Of a stretch of DNA of 64,000 bases, positions 1 to 9,597 are shown one piece after another. Each line of letters begins with the position of its first letter. Position 1 is the first letter of the stretch. The DNA is from an uncultured Verrucomicrobia subdivision 3 bacterium (GTDB lineage Bacteria > Verrucomicrobiota > Verrucomicrobiia > Limisphaerales > UBA11358). The notes below the pieces were generated by a model. It was given only the letters and a program-made list of their open reading frames with translations. It had not been told where the DNA came from and did not search any database. The translations under genes and the position numbers were made by a program. The stretch is taken from positions 4,514 to 68,513 of the forward strand of contig CAIKKJ010000091.1 of NCBI GenBank assembly GCA_903827955.1. Reading direction: 5' to 3'.

Positions 1-1
1 G

Positions 2-1009
2 GTCTACGGCCAGACCAGAAGTTATGGGGCCGGTTCCACGGCCTTCACCAGCAGCGGCCTCCAAAATGGGGAGACCATCGGTTCCGTGACCATCACCGCC
101 AGCGGCGGCACCGTCACCAACGACCCGGTCGGCAGTTACTCACTCACGCCGAGTGCGGCCACCGGCGGCACCTTCAATGCCGCCAACTACAGCATCAGTT
201 ACGTCAACGGCACTTTGAACGTGAGCGCAACGGCTGCCGCCCTCACGGTGACCTCCACGAAAAATCCCGCCGGTTATCAAGACGCCGTGGCCTTCATCGC
301 CACGCTGCCGGCGGACGCCACCGGCTCGGTGGTCTTCTGCACCACCAACGGGGCGTTCAGCACCAATGCCGTCAGCGGCGGCAGCGCCAGCAGTGCGGCA
401 CTCACCAGCCTGCCGCGCGGCACGAATATCATTACTGCCAGCTACAGCGGCGACAGCATTTACCAGTCCGCCAGCAACACCTTCGCACAGGTGGTCACCA
501 ACCATCCGCCGGTTGCGGGCAACGCCAGTTACACGCGCAGCCCCGGCATCTACTCGCTGCGCATCGGCTACAGCCAGCTCTTCACCAACGTCAGTGACGT
601 GGACGGTGACGCGTTCACCGTGATCGCCACCGGCGTGAGCACCAACGGCATCAATATCACTCGCGGGGCCAACTCGTTGACCTATCAAAACACCAACTAC
701 GTCAACGACCAGTTCACCTATACCGTCAGCGATGGCCACGGCGGCTCCGCCACGGGCACCATCTATCTGCTGACCAGCAACACCGCTATGTTCGGCCAGA
801 CCAACCCGCAGCTCATCACCACCAACGGCACCGCCGTCATCCATTTCGTGGGCATCCCCGGTTACAGCTACACCGTCCAGCGCACCGCCGACCTCCTCAC
901 TTGGAGCGACCAACTGACCACCAACGCCCCGCTCACCGGCCTCTTCCAATATACCGACCTCAACCCGCCACAACCTTCAGCCTTCTATCGCTTGCAATGG
1001 AATCCGTGA
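2..1009 (+). CDS. C-terminal part of a large secreted adhesin-like repeat protein (MBG-type domain, bacterial Ig-like domain, cadherin-like domain, terminal FYRL module); the 5' end lies outside the window
   Basis: The frame is open from nt 2 (VYGQTRSYGAG...NYSISYVNGTLNV looks like an MBG domain). It is followed by an Ig-like stretch (LTVTSTKNPAGYQDAV...ITASYSGDSIYQSAS) and a cadherin-like stretch (NHPPVAGNASY...DVDGDAFTV...YTVSDGHGGSATG). It ends ...SAFYRLQWNP. Confidence 0.7.
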   Translation, partial: VYGQTRSYGAGSTAFTSSGLQNGETIGSVTITASGGTVTNDPVGSYSLTPSAATGGTFNAANYSISYVNGTLNVSATAAALTVTSTKNPAGYQDAVAFIATLPADATGSVVFCTTNGAFSTNAVSGGSASSAALTSLPRGTNIITASYSGDSIYQSASNTFAQVVTNHPPVAGNASYTRSPGIYSLRIGYSQLFTNVSDVDGDAFTVIATGVSTNGINITRGANSLTYQNTNYVNDQFTYTVSDGHGGSATGTIYLLTSNTAMFGQTNPQLITTNGTAVIHFVGIPGYSYTVQRTADLLTWSDQLTTNAPLTGLFQYTDLNPPQPSAFYRLQWNP

Positions 1010-1275
1010 AAATAAATTCAGGTGGTGAGAAATTTTGGGTGGCCTCGCCGGCGCCTTGGCTGGCTGGCGTATCACGCTGGCGCGGTCATTGTGAATCCAA
1101 TTTTCTGGTAACACGAACCGCTTGGCCGGTGGTTGTATTTGAGTGAATCTGATGCCCGTTCGCACAAGATTCATCCTTATTTTGACGGTCCATTGAACAC
1201 GCCATTCACCTCGGTTTAATTGTCTTTTATGCGTTTCTTGCGCCGCGGACGGCAAAGCGTTGAAACGGTCCGATT

Positions 1276-2217
1276 TTATTTCCCCGCTTCAATCCCCGCA
1301 AACAAACTTTCCAGCGTGTTCAGCGGCGCGCCGGCCTTTGGTTGCAACACGGCCCGCAGATAATCAATCGCGTCGGGAATATTTTTCACCGACTTCGGCA
1401 GCAGCGCGCCCGCCGCGTTCGCGTGGCCGCCGCCCTGCAATTTTTCCGCCACCTTCAACGCTTCGCCATCGCGGCTGCGGAAACTGGCGATGACGAGGTT
1501 GTTCGCGCGCTTGAACAGCGTCACCAGCACGGGAAATTTTGTCGCACGCTGTTCGAGCAGTTGATGCACGACGAGGTTGGTGTTGCCGATGACGATTTCG
1601 ACGTGGCCGACCGTCGGTGAAATTTCCGTGACAAAATTTTTGCTCCACGCAAAACCGATCGGATCTTCCACGCGGCGTTTCACCGCCATGACTTCGAGCA
1701 GTGGATGGTCGAGGAGTTTTTCGAGGTCGTTGCCGATGAGCGCGTGCAGATTCCAGAACTGATAAACCTTCACCAAGTTTGCATAATCACAGGCGGTCGT
1801 GAACTGCGGATCGTTTTCCAAGAACAAATCCGCGACGTTGTTCAGATGCACGAGCCGGTCAAGCGCAGGCGATCCCAACCCGTGCTCGCGGCAAATTTCG
1901 TAAACAATCAGACCGGCGGATTTTTTTGTATCGTGGATGAGCCGCGCAAATTTCGGCGGCCAGTTCGTCGCGTGATGGTCAAATACCACCCAATTCGCCT
2001 TGTCCAGCCGCTGCTCAAAGGTGAAGTCTGCGACCCACGCGGATTTTTCGCGCAGCTCGCGCGTCTTCCAGTAATTGTAGTGATACGCCTCCAGCGGCAC
2101 GACAACGCCGAAAAGTTTTTTGGCAAGCCGTTGCAACAGCGCGCCGGCGACGTAGCCGTCCAAATCGCTTTCATGCGTGAAGATGACTTCGGGCTGGATG
2201 AATTCGGTCATGGCCAA
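1276..2217 (-). CDS. DHH/DHHA1 family phosphoesterase (NrnA-like)
   Basis: 313 aa with THESDLDGYVAG, the DHH motif VVFDHHATNW and the DHHA1 motif GGGHANAAGA. Confidence 0.8.
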   Translation of the reverse strand: MAMTEFIQPEVIFTHESDLDGYVAGALLQRLAKKLFGVVVPLEAYHYNYWKTRELREKSAWVADFTFEQRLDKANWVVFDHHATNWPPKFARLIHDTKKSAGLIVYEICREHGLGSPALDRLVHLNNVADLFLENDPQFTTACDYANLVKVYQFWNLHALIGNDLEKLLDHPLLEVMAVKRRVEDPIGFAWSKNFVTEISPTVGHVEIVIGNTNLVVHQLLEQRATKFPVLVTLFKRANNLVIASFRSRDGEALKVAEKLQGGGHANAAGALLPKSVKNIPDAIDYLRAVLQPKAGAPLNTLESLFAGIEAGK

Positions 2218-2417
2218 AAACTAAAACAAGCCGCGGCGCGTGGCGAGCCGGGAAATTACCGTTTCTGGCATCATCGCAAAGCTGGATCGGTAAACCATTT
2301 TGGCCTTGAAATGGTGAATGACTGCCGGTCATTCAGTCGGTTTGCGTCAAAACTCCAGCCAATAAACCTTGCCTTTGATGATTGCTTTCCTAAACTGTCC
2401 GACCGTTTTTTCAAATT

Positions 2418-2753
2418 ATGCACGTGAATTATTTTAGTGGAATTTTGGCGGAGGGGGCAACCACCGGCGGCCCGCCGCAGAATCCGATCATGGCGTTTCT
2501 GCCGATGATTTTGCTGGTCGTCGTCTTTTATTTCATCCTCATCCGCCCGCAGCAAAAGCGTGCCAAGGAACTCGCCAAGCTGGTGGATTCCGTCAAGTCT
2601 GGCGACAAGGTTGGCACGGCCAGCGGCATCATCGGCACGGTCGTCACGGTCAAGGACAAGGTGGTCACCTTGCGCTCGGCCGATTCCAAATTTGAAGTCA
2701 CCAAGTCCTCGATCACAGAAATTCTCGAATCCGGAAAATCCACAGAATCCTAA
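2418..2753 (+). CDS. yajC: Preprotein translocase subunit YajC
   Basis: Single TM helix followed by the YajC signature FYFILIRPQQKRAKE...SGDKVGTASGIIGTVV. Lies 6 nt upstream of secDF. An alternative ATG is at 2490. Confidence 0.85.
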   Translation: MHVNYFSGILAEGATTGGPPQNPIMAFLPMILLVVVFYFILIRPQQKRAKELAKLVDSVKSGDKVGTASGIIGTVVTVKDKVVTLRSADSKFEVTKSSITEILESGKSTES

Positions 2754-2759
2754 TCGGCC

Positions 2760-5318
2760 ATGAAGCACAACAATCTCAACTGGTTTATCGTCGTCATTTG
2801 CGTCGTCCTCTGGGCGTTTTACGAAATCAATCCGCCGATGTCGCGTGATTTGCTGGAGACGTTCTCCAGCCAGGCGCAAAAGACCGATGCCGCGTTCAAG
2901 GACATCGTCACGCGCGCGACGGAATTGCAGAAGACCGGCAATGTCAGCACCTTTGCCGCGCTGCAAACGGCCGTCGGCACGAATGACCTGCAAAAATATT
3001 TTCCCAACTACAATGCCGCCAACCAGGTGCGCCCGAATCTTTACATCCTGAACCGCCTCCAGCGCGCGGCCTCCGGCAAGATCAAGCTCGGCCTCGATTT
3101 GCAGGGCGGCACGGCTTACCTCGTGGAAATGAACACCAGCGTGCTGGACAACGGCACGAACAAGGCCTCCGAGCAGGAAGTCAGCGGCGCGTTGCAGCAG
3201 GCGGTGGAAGTGCTCCGCAAACGTATTGATAAATTCGGCGTCGCGGAACCGGTCATCCAAGCGGCGGGCAACAACCAGATTTTGATCCAGATGCCCGGAC
3301 TTTCCCCGGCGGACAAGGCGCAGGCGCAAACCAACATCCAGCGCTCCGCGTATCTCGAATTCCGCATGGTGCACGACCGTAGTTCGGATATCGTCGAGTC
3401 TTCGACCGGTAATTTGCTCGGCCCCGTGCCGCCCGGTTATGAAGTCTTGCGCCACGTCGAGCAGTTGCCCGGCGGCAAACAGCAGATTGAAGCCGTGGTC
3501 ATCAAGAAACGTCCCGGCACCGGCAGCGCGCCGGATTATCTCGCTGGCGACATTATCAAAAACGCGCAACTCGCCTACGGCAATCTCGGTGAATTGCAGA
3601 TTCATTTCGACTTGAATGCTGAGGCCGGCAAAAAATTCGGCGACATCACCCGCAACAACATCGGTCACCGCATGGCCATCATTTTGGACGGCGACCTTTA
3701 TTCCGCGCCGAACATTGAAAGCCCGATTGAAACCGGCAGCGGCATGATCACCGGCCATTACTCACCGGAAGAGGCTCGCACGCTGGTCAACGTGTTGCAA
3801 AATCCGCTGAAAGCTCCGTTGCACATCGCCTCATCAAAAGACGTGGAGCCGACGCTCGGTAAGGACAACATCCGCAGCGGCATCAACGCCTCGATGTATG
3901 CCGTCATCTTCGTTTCCATTTTCATGCTCGGTTATTATTTCCTCGCCGGTCTCGCGGCGAACATCGCGCTTATCACGAACGTCATCATCCTGCTCGGCGT
4001 CATGTGCGCGGCGGGCACGACCTTCACCCTGCCTGGCATCGCGGGCGGTGTGCTCACCGTCGGCATGGCGGTGGACGCGAACGTGTTGATCTACGAACGC
4101 ATCCGTGAAGAACTTGCCAAGGGAAAATCTTTGCGCGGCGCGATCGACGCCGGTTATGGTCGCGCGTTTGCGACCATCTTCGACTCGCACGTCACCACGC
4201 TTATCTCATCTGTCATCCTCATCTGGATGGGCACGGGTGAAATCAAAGGCTTCGGTGTGACGCTGACGATTGGTGTCGCGGCGAGTTTGTTCACGGCCTT
4301 GGTTGTGACGCGGCTCATCTTCAATTTCCTGACGGAACGCAACATCATCACGAAGTTGCCCATGCTCCATTTCATCAAGGCGACCAAGGTGAACTTCATG
4401 GCCGCCGCCAAGCCGTTGTTCATCATCACCTGGTTGTTTGCCATATTGGCCATCGGCTACGGCGGGTTTGTGCGCGGCGAAAAATTATTCGGCGTGGACT
4501 TCCTCGGCGGCGACAGCACGACCTTCAGCTACGCACAGAAGCAGAGCCAGGAACAGATCAGCTCCGCGCTCGCGGCGGTGGACATCAAGGATGCACAAGT
4601 GCAATACCAGAAGGATGTCAGCACCGGTTCCGAATCATTGAACGTCACGTCGCCTTCCGGCACGGCGGAAAAAGTGAAGTCTGCGCTTGCCGATAAATTC
4701 CCGCAGGCACAGTTCAAGGCCGTCGGCGGTTACAGCGTCGGCGCGAGCGTCGGCATGGAGATTCGCAAATCAGCCGTCATCGCGGCGATTTGTGCCATGT
4801 TTGGTATTTTGGTTTACGTCGCATTCCGCTACGAATTTTCCTTCGCCATCGCCGCCGTCATCGCGGTGTTGCACGACGTGCTGTTCACCATCGGCGTGTT
4901 CTGCATTGCAAATCAAGTTTCCGGACGCCAGTTCAGCGCCACTGTTGTCGCCGCGGTGCTGACCATCATCGGCTTCTCGATCAACGACAAGATCGTCATC
5001 TTCGACCGTATCCGCGAAGACCTGAAACTTGGCATGCGCGGCACGTTCAAGGAAATCATCAACATCGCGTTGAACCAGACGTTGAGCCGAACCATCATCA
5101 CCAGCGGCACGGTGTTCATCGCCACGGCAGTGCTGTTCTTCTGGGGCGGTGGCGCGATCAACGACTTCGCCTTCACCTTCCTCGTCGGCATTCTCGTCGG
5201 CACTTACTCGTCCGTATTCGTGGCGAGCGTGATCGTTCTGTGGTGGCACAAAGGCGAGAAACCGCAGATTGGCGCGTCGCAAGCCGGAATGCAGAATACC
5301 GAATCAGCAAAAGTCTGA
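2760..5318 (+). CDS. secDF: Fused protein-export membrane protein SecDF
   Basis: 852 aa. SecD-like periplasmic domain (LGLDLQGG, AVEVLRKRIDKFGVAEPVIQ) followed by two 6-TM SecD/SecF blocks (DANVLIYERIREE and NDKIVIFDRIRED). Confidence 0.95.
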   Translation: MKHNNLNWFIVVICVVLWAFYEINPPMSRDLLETFSSQAQKTDAAFKDIVTRATELQKTGNVSTFAALQTAVGTNDLQKYFPNYNAANQVRPNLYILNRLQRAASGKIKLGLDLQGGTAYLVEMNTSVLDNGTNKASEQEVSGALQQAVEVLRKRIDKFGVAEPVIQAAGNNQILIQMPGLSPADKAQAQTNIQRSAYLEFRMVHDRSSDIVESSTGNLLGPVPPGYEVLRHVEQLPGGKQQIEAVVIKKRPGTGSAPDYLAGDIIKNAQLAYGNLGELQIHFDLNAEAGKKFGDITRNNIGHRMAIILDGDLYSAPNIESPIETGSGMITGHYSPEEARTLVNVLQNPLKAPLHIASSKDVEPTLGKDNIRSGINASMYAVIFVSIFMLGYYFLAGLAANIALITNVIILLGVMCAAGTTFTLPGIAGGVLTVGMAVDANVLIYERIREELAKGKSLRGAIDAGYGRAFATIFDSHVTTLISSVILIWMGTGEIKGFGVTLTIGVAASLFTALVVTRLIFNFLTERNIITKLPMLHFIKATKVNFMAAAKPLFIITWLFAILAIGYGGFVRGEKLFGVDFLGGDSTTFSYAQKQSQEQISSALAAVDIKDAQVQYQKDVSTGSESLNVTSPSGTAEKVKSALADKFPQAQFKAVGGYSVGASVGMEIRKSAVIAAICAMFGILVYVAFRYEFSFAIAAVIAVLHDVLFTIGVFCIANQVSGRQFSATVVAAVLTIIGFSINDKIVIFDRIREDLKLGMRGTFKEIINIALNQTLSRTIITSGTVFIATAVLFFWGGGAINDFAFTFLVGILVGTYSSVFVASVIVLWWHKGEKPQIGASQAGMQNTESAKV

Positions 5319-5330
5319 TTCACTGTTTCA

Positions 5331-6296
5331 ATGCTCGGTTTCATCCAAATCACGCTGCTGCATTGGGCGGGGTTTGTCTTGTGCGTCCTTTTTTTTCTGG
5401 CGCTTGACCTCGGCGTGCTGCATCGCGGCCCGCGTGTGGTGAAGTTCAAGGAAGCCCTGCGCTGGTCCATCTTCTGGTGCATCCTTGCGATGCTTTTCGC
5501 AATCGCCCTCGTGCCGTTGCGCGGGCGTGAAGAGGCGGTGGAGTTCGTCACTGGCTACGTCATTGAGCTGTCGCTTTCGATGGACAATGTTTTTGTCATC
5601 GCGCTCATTTTTGCCTTCTTCCGCGTGCCGTCACAATTTCAGCATCGCGTTTTGTTTTGGGGCATCATGGGCGCGCTGGTCATGCGCGGGGCGATGATTC
5701 TGGCTGGCGCCGCGCTGGTGCAACGTTTTGAGTGGACGCTTTATCTCTTCGGCGCGTTCCTGGTTTTTACGGGGATCAAAATGATTTTCACCGATGACGA
5801 AGGCGTGGAGCCGGAAAAAAATCTCGTCATCAAACTTGCACGAAAATGTTTCCCCATCGCCGAGGGAACGCACAATGAAAAATTTGTCGTCCGTGTTAAT
5901 GGCCGTAAGTTGCTCACCTCGCTCGCCCTCGTGCTGCTCATGGTCGAGACGACCGATTTGATCTTCGCGCTCGATTCGATCCCCGCGATTTTTGCGGTGA
6001 CCACGAAGCCGTTCATTGTTTTCACCTCGAACGTCTTTGCCATTCTCGGTCTCCGCTCGCTCTACTTCGTGCTGGCGGGGGCGATTGATTATTTTCGCTA
6101 CCTCAAAGTCGGCCTGTCCGTGGTGCTGGTGTTCGTTGGTGTGAAGATGCTTCTCGCCCCGCACGGCGATGGTGCGCCTCTATGGTTTCAGTTGGAAATC
6201 CCGACGTTTTTCTCGCTCCTTATCATCGCTGCCATCCTCACCACGGCCATTCTGGCCTCCGTCGTGGCGACGAAACGCGAGCACAGCCGCAAGTGA
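5331..6296 (+). CDS. TerC family integral membrane protein
   Basis: 321 aa, multi-TM, with TerC signatures ELSLSMDNVFVIALIF and ETTDLIFALDSIPAIFAVT. Starts 12 nt after the secDF stop. Confidence 0.9.
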   Translation: MLGFIQITLLHWAGFVLCVLFFLALDLGVLHRGPRVVKFKEALRWSIFWCILAMLFAIALVPLRGREEAVEFVTGYVIELSLSMDNVFVIALIFAFFRVPSQFQHRVLFWGIMGALVMRGAMILAGAALVQRFEWTLYLFGAFLVFTGIKMIFTDDEGVEPEKNLVIKLARKCFPIAEGTHNEKFVVRVNGRKLLTSLALVLLMVETTDLIFALDSIPAIFAVTTKPFIVFTSNVFAILGLRSLYFVLAGAIDYFRYLKVGLSVVLVFVGVKMLLAPHGDGAPLWFQLEIPTFFSLLIIAAILTTAILASVVATKREHSRK

Positions 6297-6362
6297 CCGC
6301 TTTTTGCAGCGGATAATTTCTCCGCCTTTTATCCGTGTCCATCCTTGTCCATCCGTGATTTA

Positions 6363-8075
6363 ATGCCCGTGATGAAATTTCGCTGGAACCTCGCGCCACC
6401 GCAGCCGCTCCTCACCGACTCGCTCGCTGTGCAGTTGAAAATTTCACCGCTCCTCGCCCAGTGTCTCGTCAACCGGGGTTTCAGTGAGCCAGCGGTCATC
6501 GAGAACTTTCTCTCGCCGCGCCTCAAAAATCTTGCCGACCCGTTTCTGCTGCCGAACATGGACGCCGCCATCACACGACTATTGCTCGCGCGCGAACACG
6601 GTGAGCCCATTGTCATATTTGGCGATTACGACGTGGACGGCGTGACCAGCACTACGATTCTTTTGGAGGTTCTCCGCGCGCTTGGCTGGTCGGCGGACGC
6701 CTATCTGCCGAACCGCATGGACGAAGGCTACGGCTTGAGCCGCGACGGCGTGGAAAATTGTCTGAAAAAATTTCCGGTTAAATTGTTGCTCGCCGTGGAC
6801 TGCGGTTCGACCGCCGTGGAAACCATTGCGTGGATGAAAGGGCAGGGCGTGGAGGTTATCGTCCTCGACCACCATCAAGTTTCCAACCCCGCACCCGTTG
6901 CGGTGGCATTGGTGAATCCGCAACTCGGGAAAAATTTCACCGAACTCTGCTCCGCCGGCCTCGCGTTCAAGCTCGCACACGCTCTCGTCAAGCGCGGACG
7001 CGAAACCGGCCTGGCGGGCGCAGCGGAATTTGATTTGAAGCCGCTGCTGGATCTGGTCGCGCTTGGCACCATCGCCGATTTGGTTCCGCTGGTTGGCGAA
7101 AATAGAATCCTGGTCACTGCAGGTTTGGAAAAATTAAATTCAACCAAGCGTCCCGGAATCCTCGCGCTGAAAGAAGTCGCGCAGTCGCCGGAAAAACTTG
7201 GCACGCATGATGTGGGCTTCCAACTCGCGCCGCGACTGAATGCCGCCGGACGTTTGGAGTCGGCGGAAGAATCATTGCGTCTGCTGCTGGCTGAAACGCA
7301 GGAACAGGCCATGCCGATTGCGCAAAACCTCGACGCGCGCAACCGTGAGCGGCAGATGATTGAAAAAAAAATCACCGAGCAAGTCATCGGCGTGGTGCGG
7401 TCGAAGTTTGATGCGGCGAAAGATTTTGTCATCGTCGAGGGCGAATTGCTGTGGCACATCGGCGTCGTCGGCATCGTGGCGTCGCGCGTGCTGTCGGAAT
7501 TTTACCGGCCCACGATCATCATCGGCGGCGAGAACGGCGAGATGCGCGGCTCGGGCCGCAGCATCGCGGGTTTTGATCTGGCGGCAGCGTTGCGCGAGTG
7601 CGACGATTTGCTCGTGAAACACGGCGGTCACGCGATGGCTGCGGGCTTGAGCATCAAGCCGGAAAAAATGGATCTGCTGCGCCAACGGATGAACGAACTC
7701 GCACGGCTAAAATTGAAGCCGGAAGATTTGCAGCCGCCGTTGCGCCTCGATGCGGAGATTGGATTGGCGGATTTGAATCTGGATTCGCTCGCCGAGTTGG
7801 AGAAATTAAAGCCGACCGGCATGGGCAATTCCGCCGTGCAATTTTGCGCGCGGAATCTAACGCACAAAAAACCGCTGCTCCGCATGGGCGCGAACAAACA
7901 GCACGTAAAGCTCTGGGTCACGGACGGCACGGCCACTCACGAAGCGGTGTGGTGGAATGCGGGCAACGGTTCGCTGCCAGTCGGAAAATTTGATCTCGCC
8001 TTCGCGCCCGGCGTGAATGAGTTTAACGGCCGGACGACGGTGCAGTTGAAAGTGCTGGACTGGCGCGCGGCTTAG
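6363..8075 (+). CDS. recJ: Single-stranded-DNA-specific exonuclease RecJ
   Basis: Motifs GDYDVDGVTS, VIVLDHH, GNRILV and GGHAMAAG (DHH plus DHHA1), with a C-terminal OB-like tail. Start is uncertain (TTG 6345, ATG 6363 or ATG 6372). Confidence 0.95.
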   Translation: MPVMKFRWNLAPPQPLLTDSLAVQLKISPLLAQCLVNRGFSEPAVIENFLSPRLKNLADPFLLPNMDAAITRLLLAREHGEPIVIFGDYDVDGVTSTTILLEVLRALGWSADAYLPNRMDEGYGLSRDGVENCLKKFPVKLLLAVDCGSTAVETIAWMKGQGVEVIVLDHHQVSNPAPVAVALVNPQLGKNFTELCSAGLAFKLAHALVKRGRETGLAGAAEFDLKPLLDLVALGTIADLVPLVGENRILVTAGLEKLNSTKRPGILALKEVAQSPEKLGTHDVGFQLAPRLNAAGRLESAEESLRLLLAETQEQAMPIAQNLDARNRERQMIEKKITEQVIGVVRSKFDAAKDFVIVEGELLWHIGVVGIVASRVLSEFYRPTIIIGGENGEMRGSGRSIAGFDLAAALRECDDLLVKHGGHAMAAGLSIKPEKMDLLRQRMNELARLKLKPEDLQPPLRLDAEIGLADLNLDSLAELEKLKPTGMGNSAVQFCARNLTHKKPLLRMGANKQHVKLWVTDGTATHEAVWWNAGNGSLPVGKFDLAFAPGVNEFNGRTTVQLKVLDWRAA

Positions 8076-8129
8076 TAGCGTCAGGCATCTCTGCCGTCCG
8101 AAAAATAGAGATACGGAATTTTCCAAGCG

Positions 8130-8260
8130 CGTCTTGGACTGCGGCGGGAAGCGCAGCGCCACGCCGCTTTCGTGCGTTCGGAAGTCATCGGTTTTTTTAA
8201 CGCGCCATGTGCGTCCGAAAGCGGTGTCGCCGCTTCGCTTTGCCACCGCAGTCCAAGACG
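8130..8260. repeat. Long imperfect inverted repeat (arms 8130-8172 and 8216-8260) between the convergent recJ and permease genes
   Basis: The left arm cgtcttggactgcggcgggaagcgcagcgccacgccgctttcg pairs with the right arm cgaaagcggtgtcgccgcttcgctttgccaccgcagtccaagacg. Hand pairing gives about 38 bp with a few mismatches or bulges and a 43-nt spacer. Confidence 0.85.
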
Positions 8261-8265
8261 TTTTC

Positions 8266-9597
8266 TTACCGTCCGCCACTAAAGTTGCTCCAGCCGCTCC
8301 AGGCATTCATGTTCACCGGCGGCGGGCGGTAGGCGTGGCTGCTGGACTTGAGCAATCGCCGGGTGATTTCAATCGCGAGCACAATGCAGGCGAGCGCGAT
8401 GAGCGTGATGACCGAGTGGGGAATGACCAGCGAGCGGAACAGCACCGGGCCGAGTTGCGGTGCCATCATCAGAAACATGGACACCACGAGGCTTTCAACT
8501 CTTAATCCGCGCCAGACGATGAACGGCACGCTCAGAGCCAGCGTCGTGGCGAAGGTGAGGCAGTTCGTTGGAAACGGCATAAAGTCGCTGTGCATTGAAA
8601 AATTTCCCGAGGCCACTTGATAGGCGATGCCGACGACGAGCACGGGAGCGACGGGCAGCAGCACCAAAAATATGGCGAGGGCGGAGGCGGAAATCGGCAG
8701 CGTTCTCAATTGCCGCAATTGCAAAACCATTGGTGCCAGCAAAGTCATGAAAATAAAAAAGACACCAAAGCTGCTGAAGGCGGGGAAAGCGGCCTCGAAC
8801 ATTTGTTTCGGCGAGAACGTCAGGGTTTTGCCTTGAAACAATTGCAGCAGCAGCATCATGGTCGTGAAAATCACGGCAAACCGCGTGAACTGGAGGAACA
8901 AAACTTGAATGAGATAGGGCATTCCGCCAAAGCCGGACGGCGCGCGATATTGGCCGGGTGTGCGTTTGCCAAGCTGGATGCCCGGTCGGAACGTGGCGCG
9001 TTGCACTACAAAATGTTCGGCGCGGAACCAGCCAGCCAACGTCAGGACTACTCCGACCAGCATGACGGAAATTCCCTCGGTCGTGGAAAAATTTGGCGGC
9101 ACGAAAATCATTCCGAACATGCAGATCATGCTGAAACTGTATCGCAGCCAGCCGGCCAGATTTTGCGGAAAAACCGGGATTAGACCGACGAACGAGAAGA
9201 ACATCGTGCCCAGGTAAATCGTGCTGGTGAATGCCGTCAGCGCAAAGTTTTCCCAGGGAAATTCTTTGTGTGTGTGGAGGGAGCGAAGCAACATCCCGGT
9301 CGCCGCCGTTGCCATGAGCAATATCGCTGGCAACGCCACGGACACAATCCACCACGCCGCGCCAATTTGTCGGGTGGTCACCGGCAAGGTCGTCTGCACC
9401 CGGCTGAGGCCGCGCTGCAAATCAAAATTCAGTTGCATGGCGCCTGCCCACATGACGAACGAGAACATCGTGACAGCAGAAGCTTTGGACATGGATTCGT
9501 TGCCGACCATCGCGCCAACCAGACAGCCGTTGGCGACGTTGATGATGATCCACAGCCAGCCCCAGCGTTTCAGGTGGTTAAAAATGATGCGGTTCAT
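8266..9597 (-). CDS. Polytopic membrane protein, putative permease partner of the upstream ABC ATPase
   Basis: 443 aa, hydrophobic throughout (roughly 10-12 predicted helices by eye). Its start overlaps the ATPase stop by 4 nt (ATGA). I recognise no family motif. Confidence 0.6.
   Translation of the reverse strand: MNRIIFNHLKRWGWLWIIINVANGCLVGAMVGNESMSKASAVTMFSFVMWAGAMQLNFDLQRGLSRVQTTLPVTTRQIGAAWWIVSVALPAILLMATAATGMLLRSLHTHKEFPWENFALTAFTSTIYLGTMFFSFVGLIPVFPQNLAGWLRYSFSMICMFGMIFVPPNFSTTEGISVMLVGVVLTLAGWFRAEHFVVQRATFRPGIQLGKRTPGQYRAPSGFGGMPYLIQVLFLQFTRFAVIFTTMMLLLQLFQGKTLTFSPKQMFEAAFPAFSSFGVFFIFMTLLAPMVLQLRQLRTLPISASALAIFLVLLPVAPVLVVGIAYQVASGNFSMHSDFMPFPTNCLTFATTLALSVPFIVWRGLRVESLVVSMFLMMAPQLGPVLFRSLVIPHSVITLIALACIVLAIEITRRLLKSSSHAYRPPPVNMNAWSGWSNFSGGR

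Noticed and set aside
5319-5330. yybP-ykoY (Mn) riboswitch in front of the TerC-family gene.
   Set aside because: The spacer between secDF and terC is only 12 nt, which leaves no room for a riboswitch.
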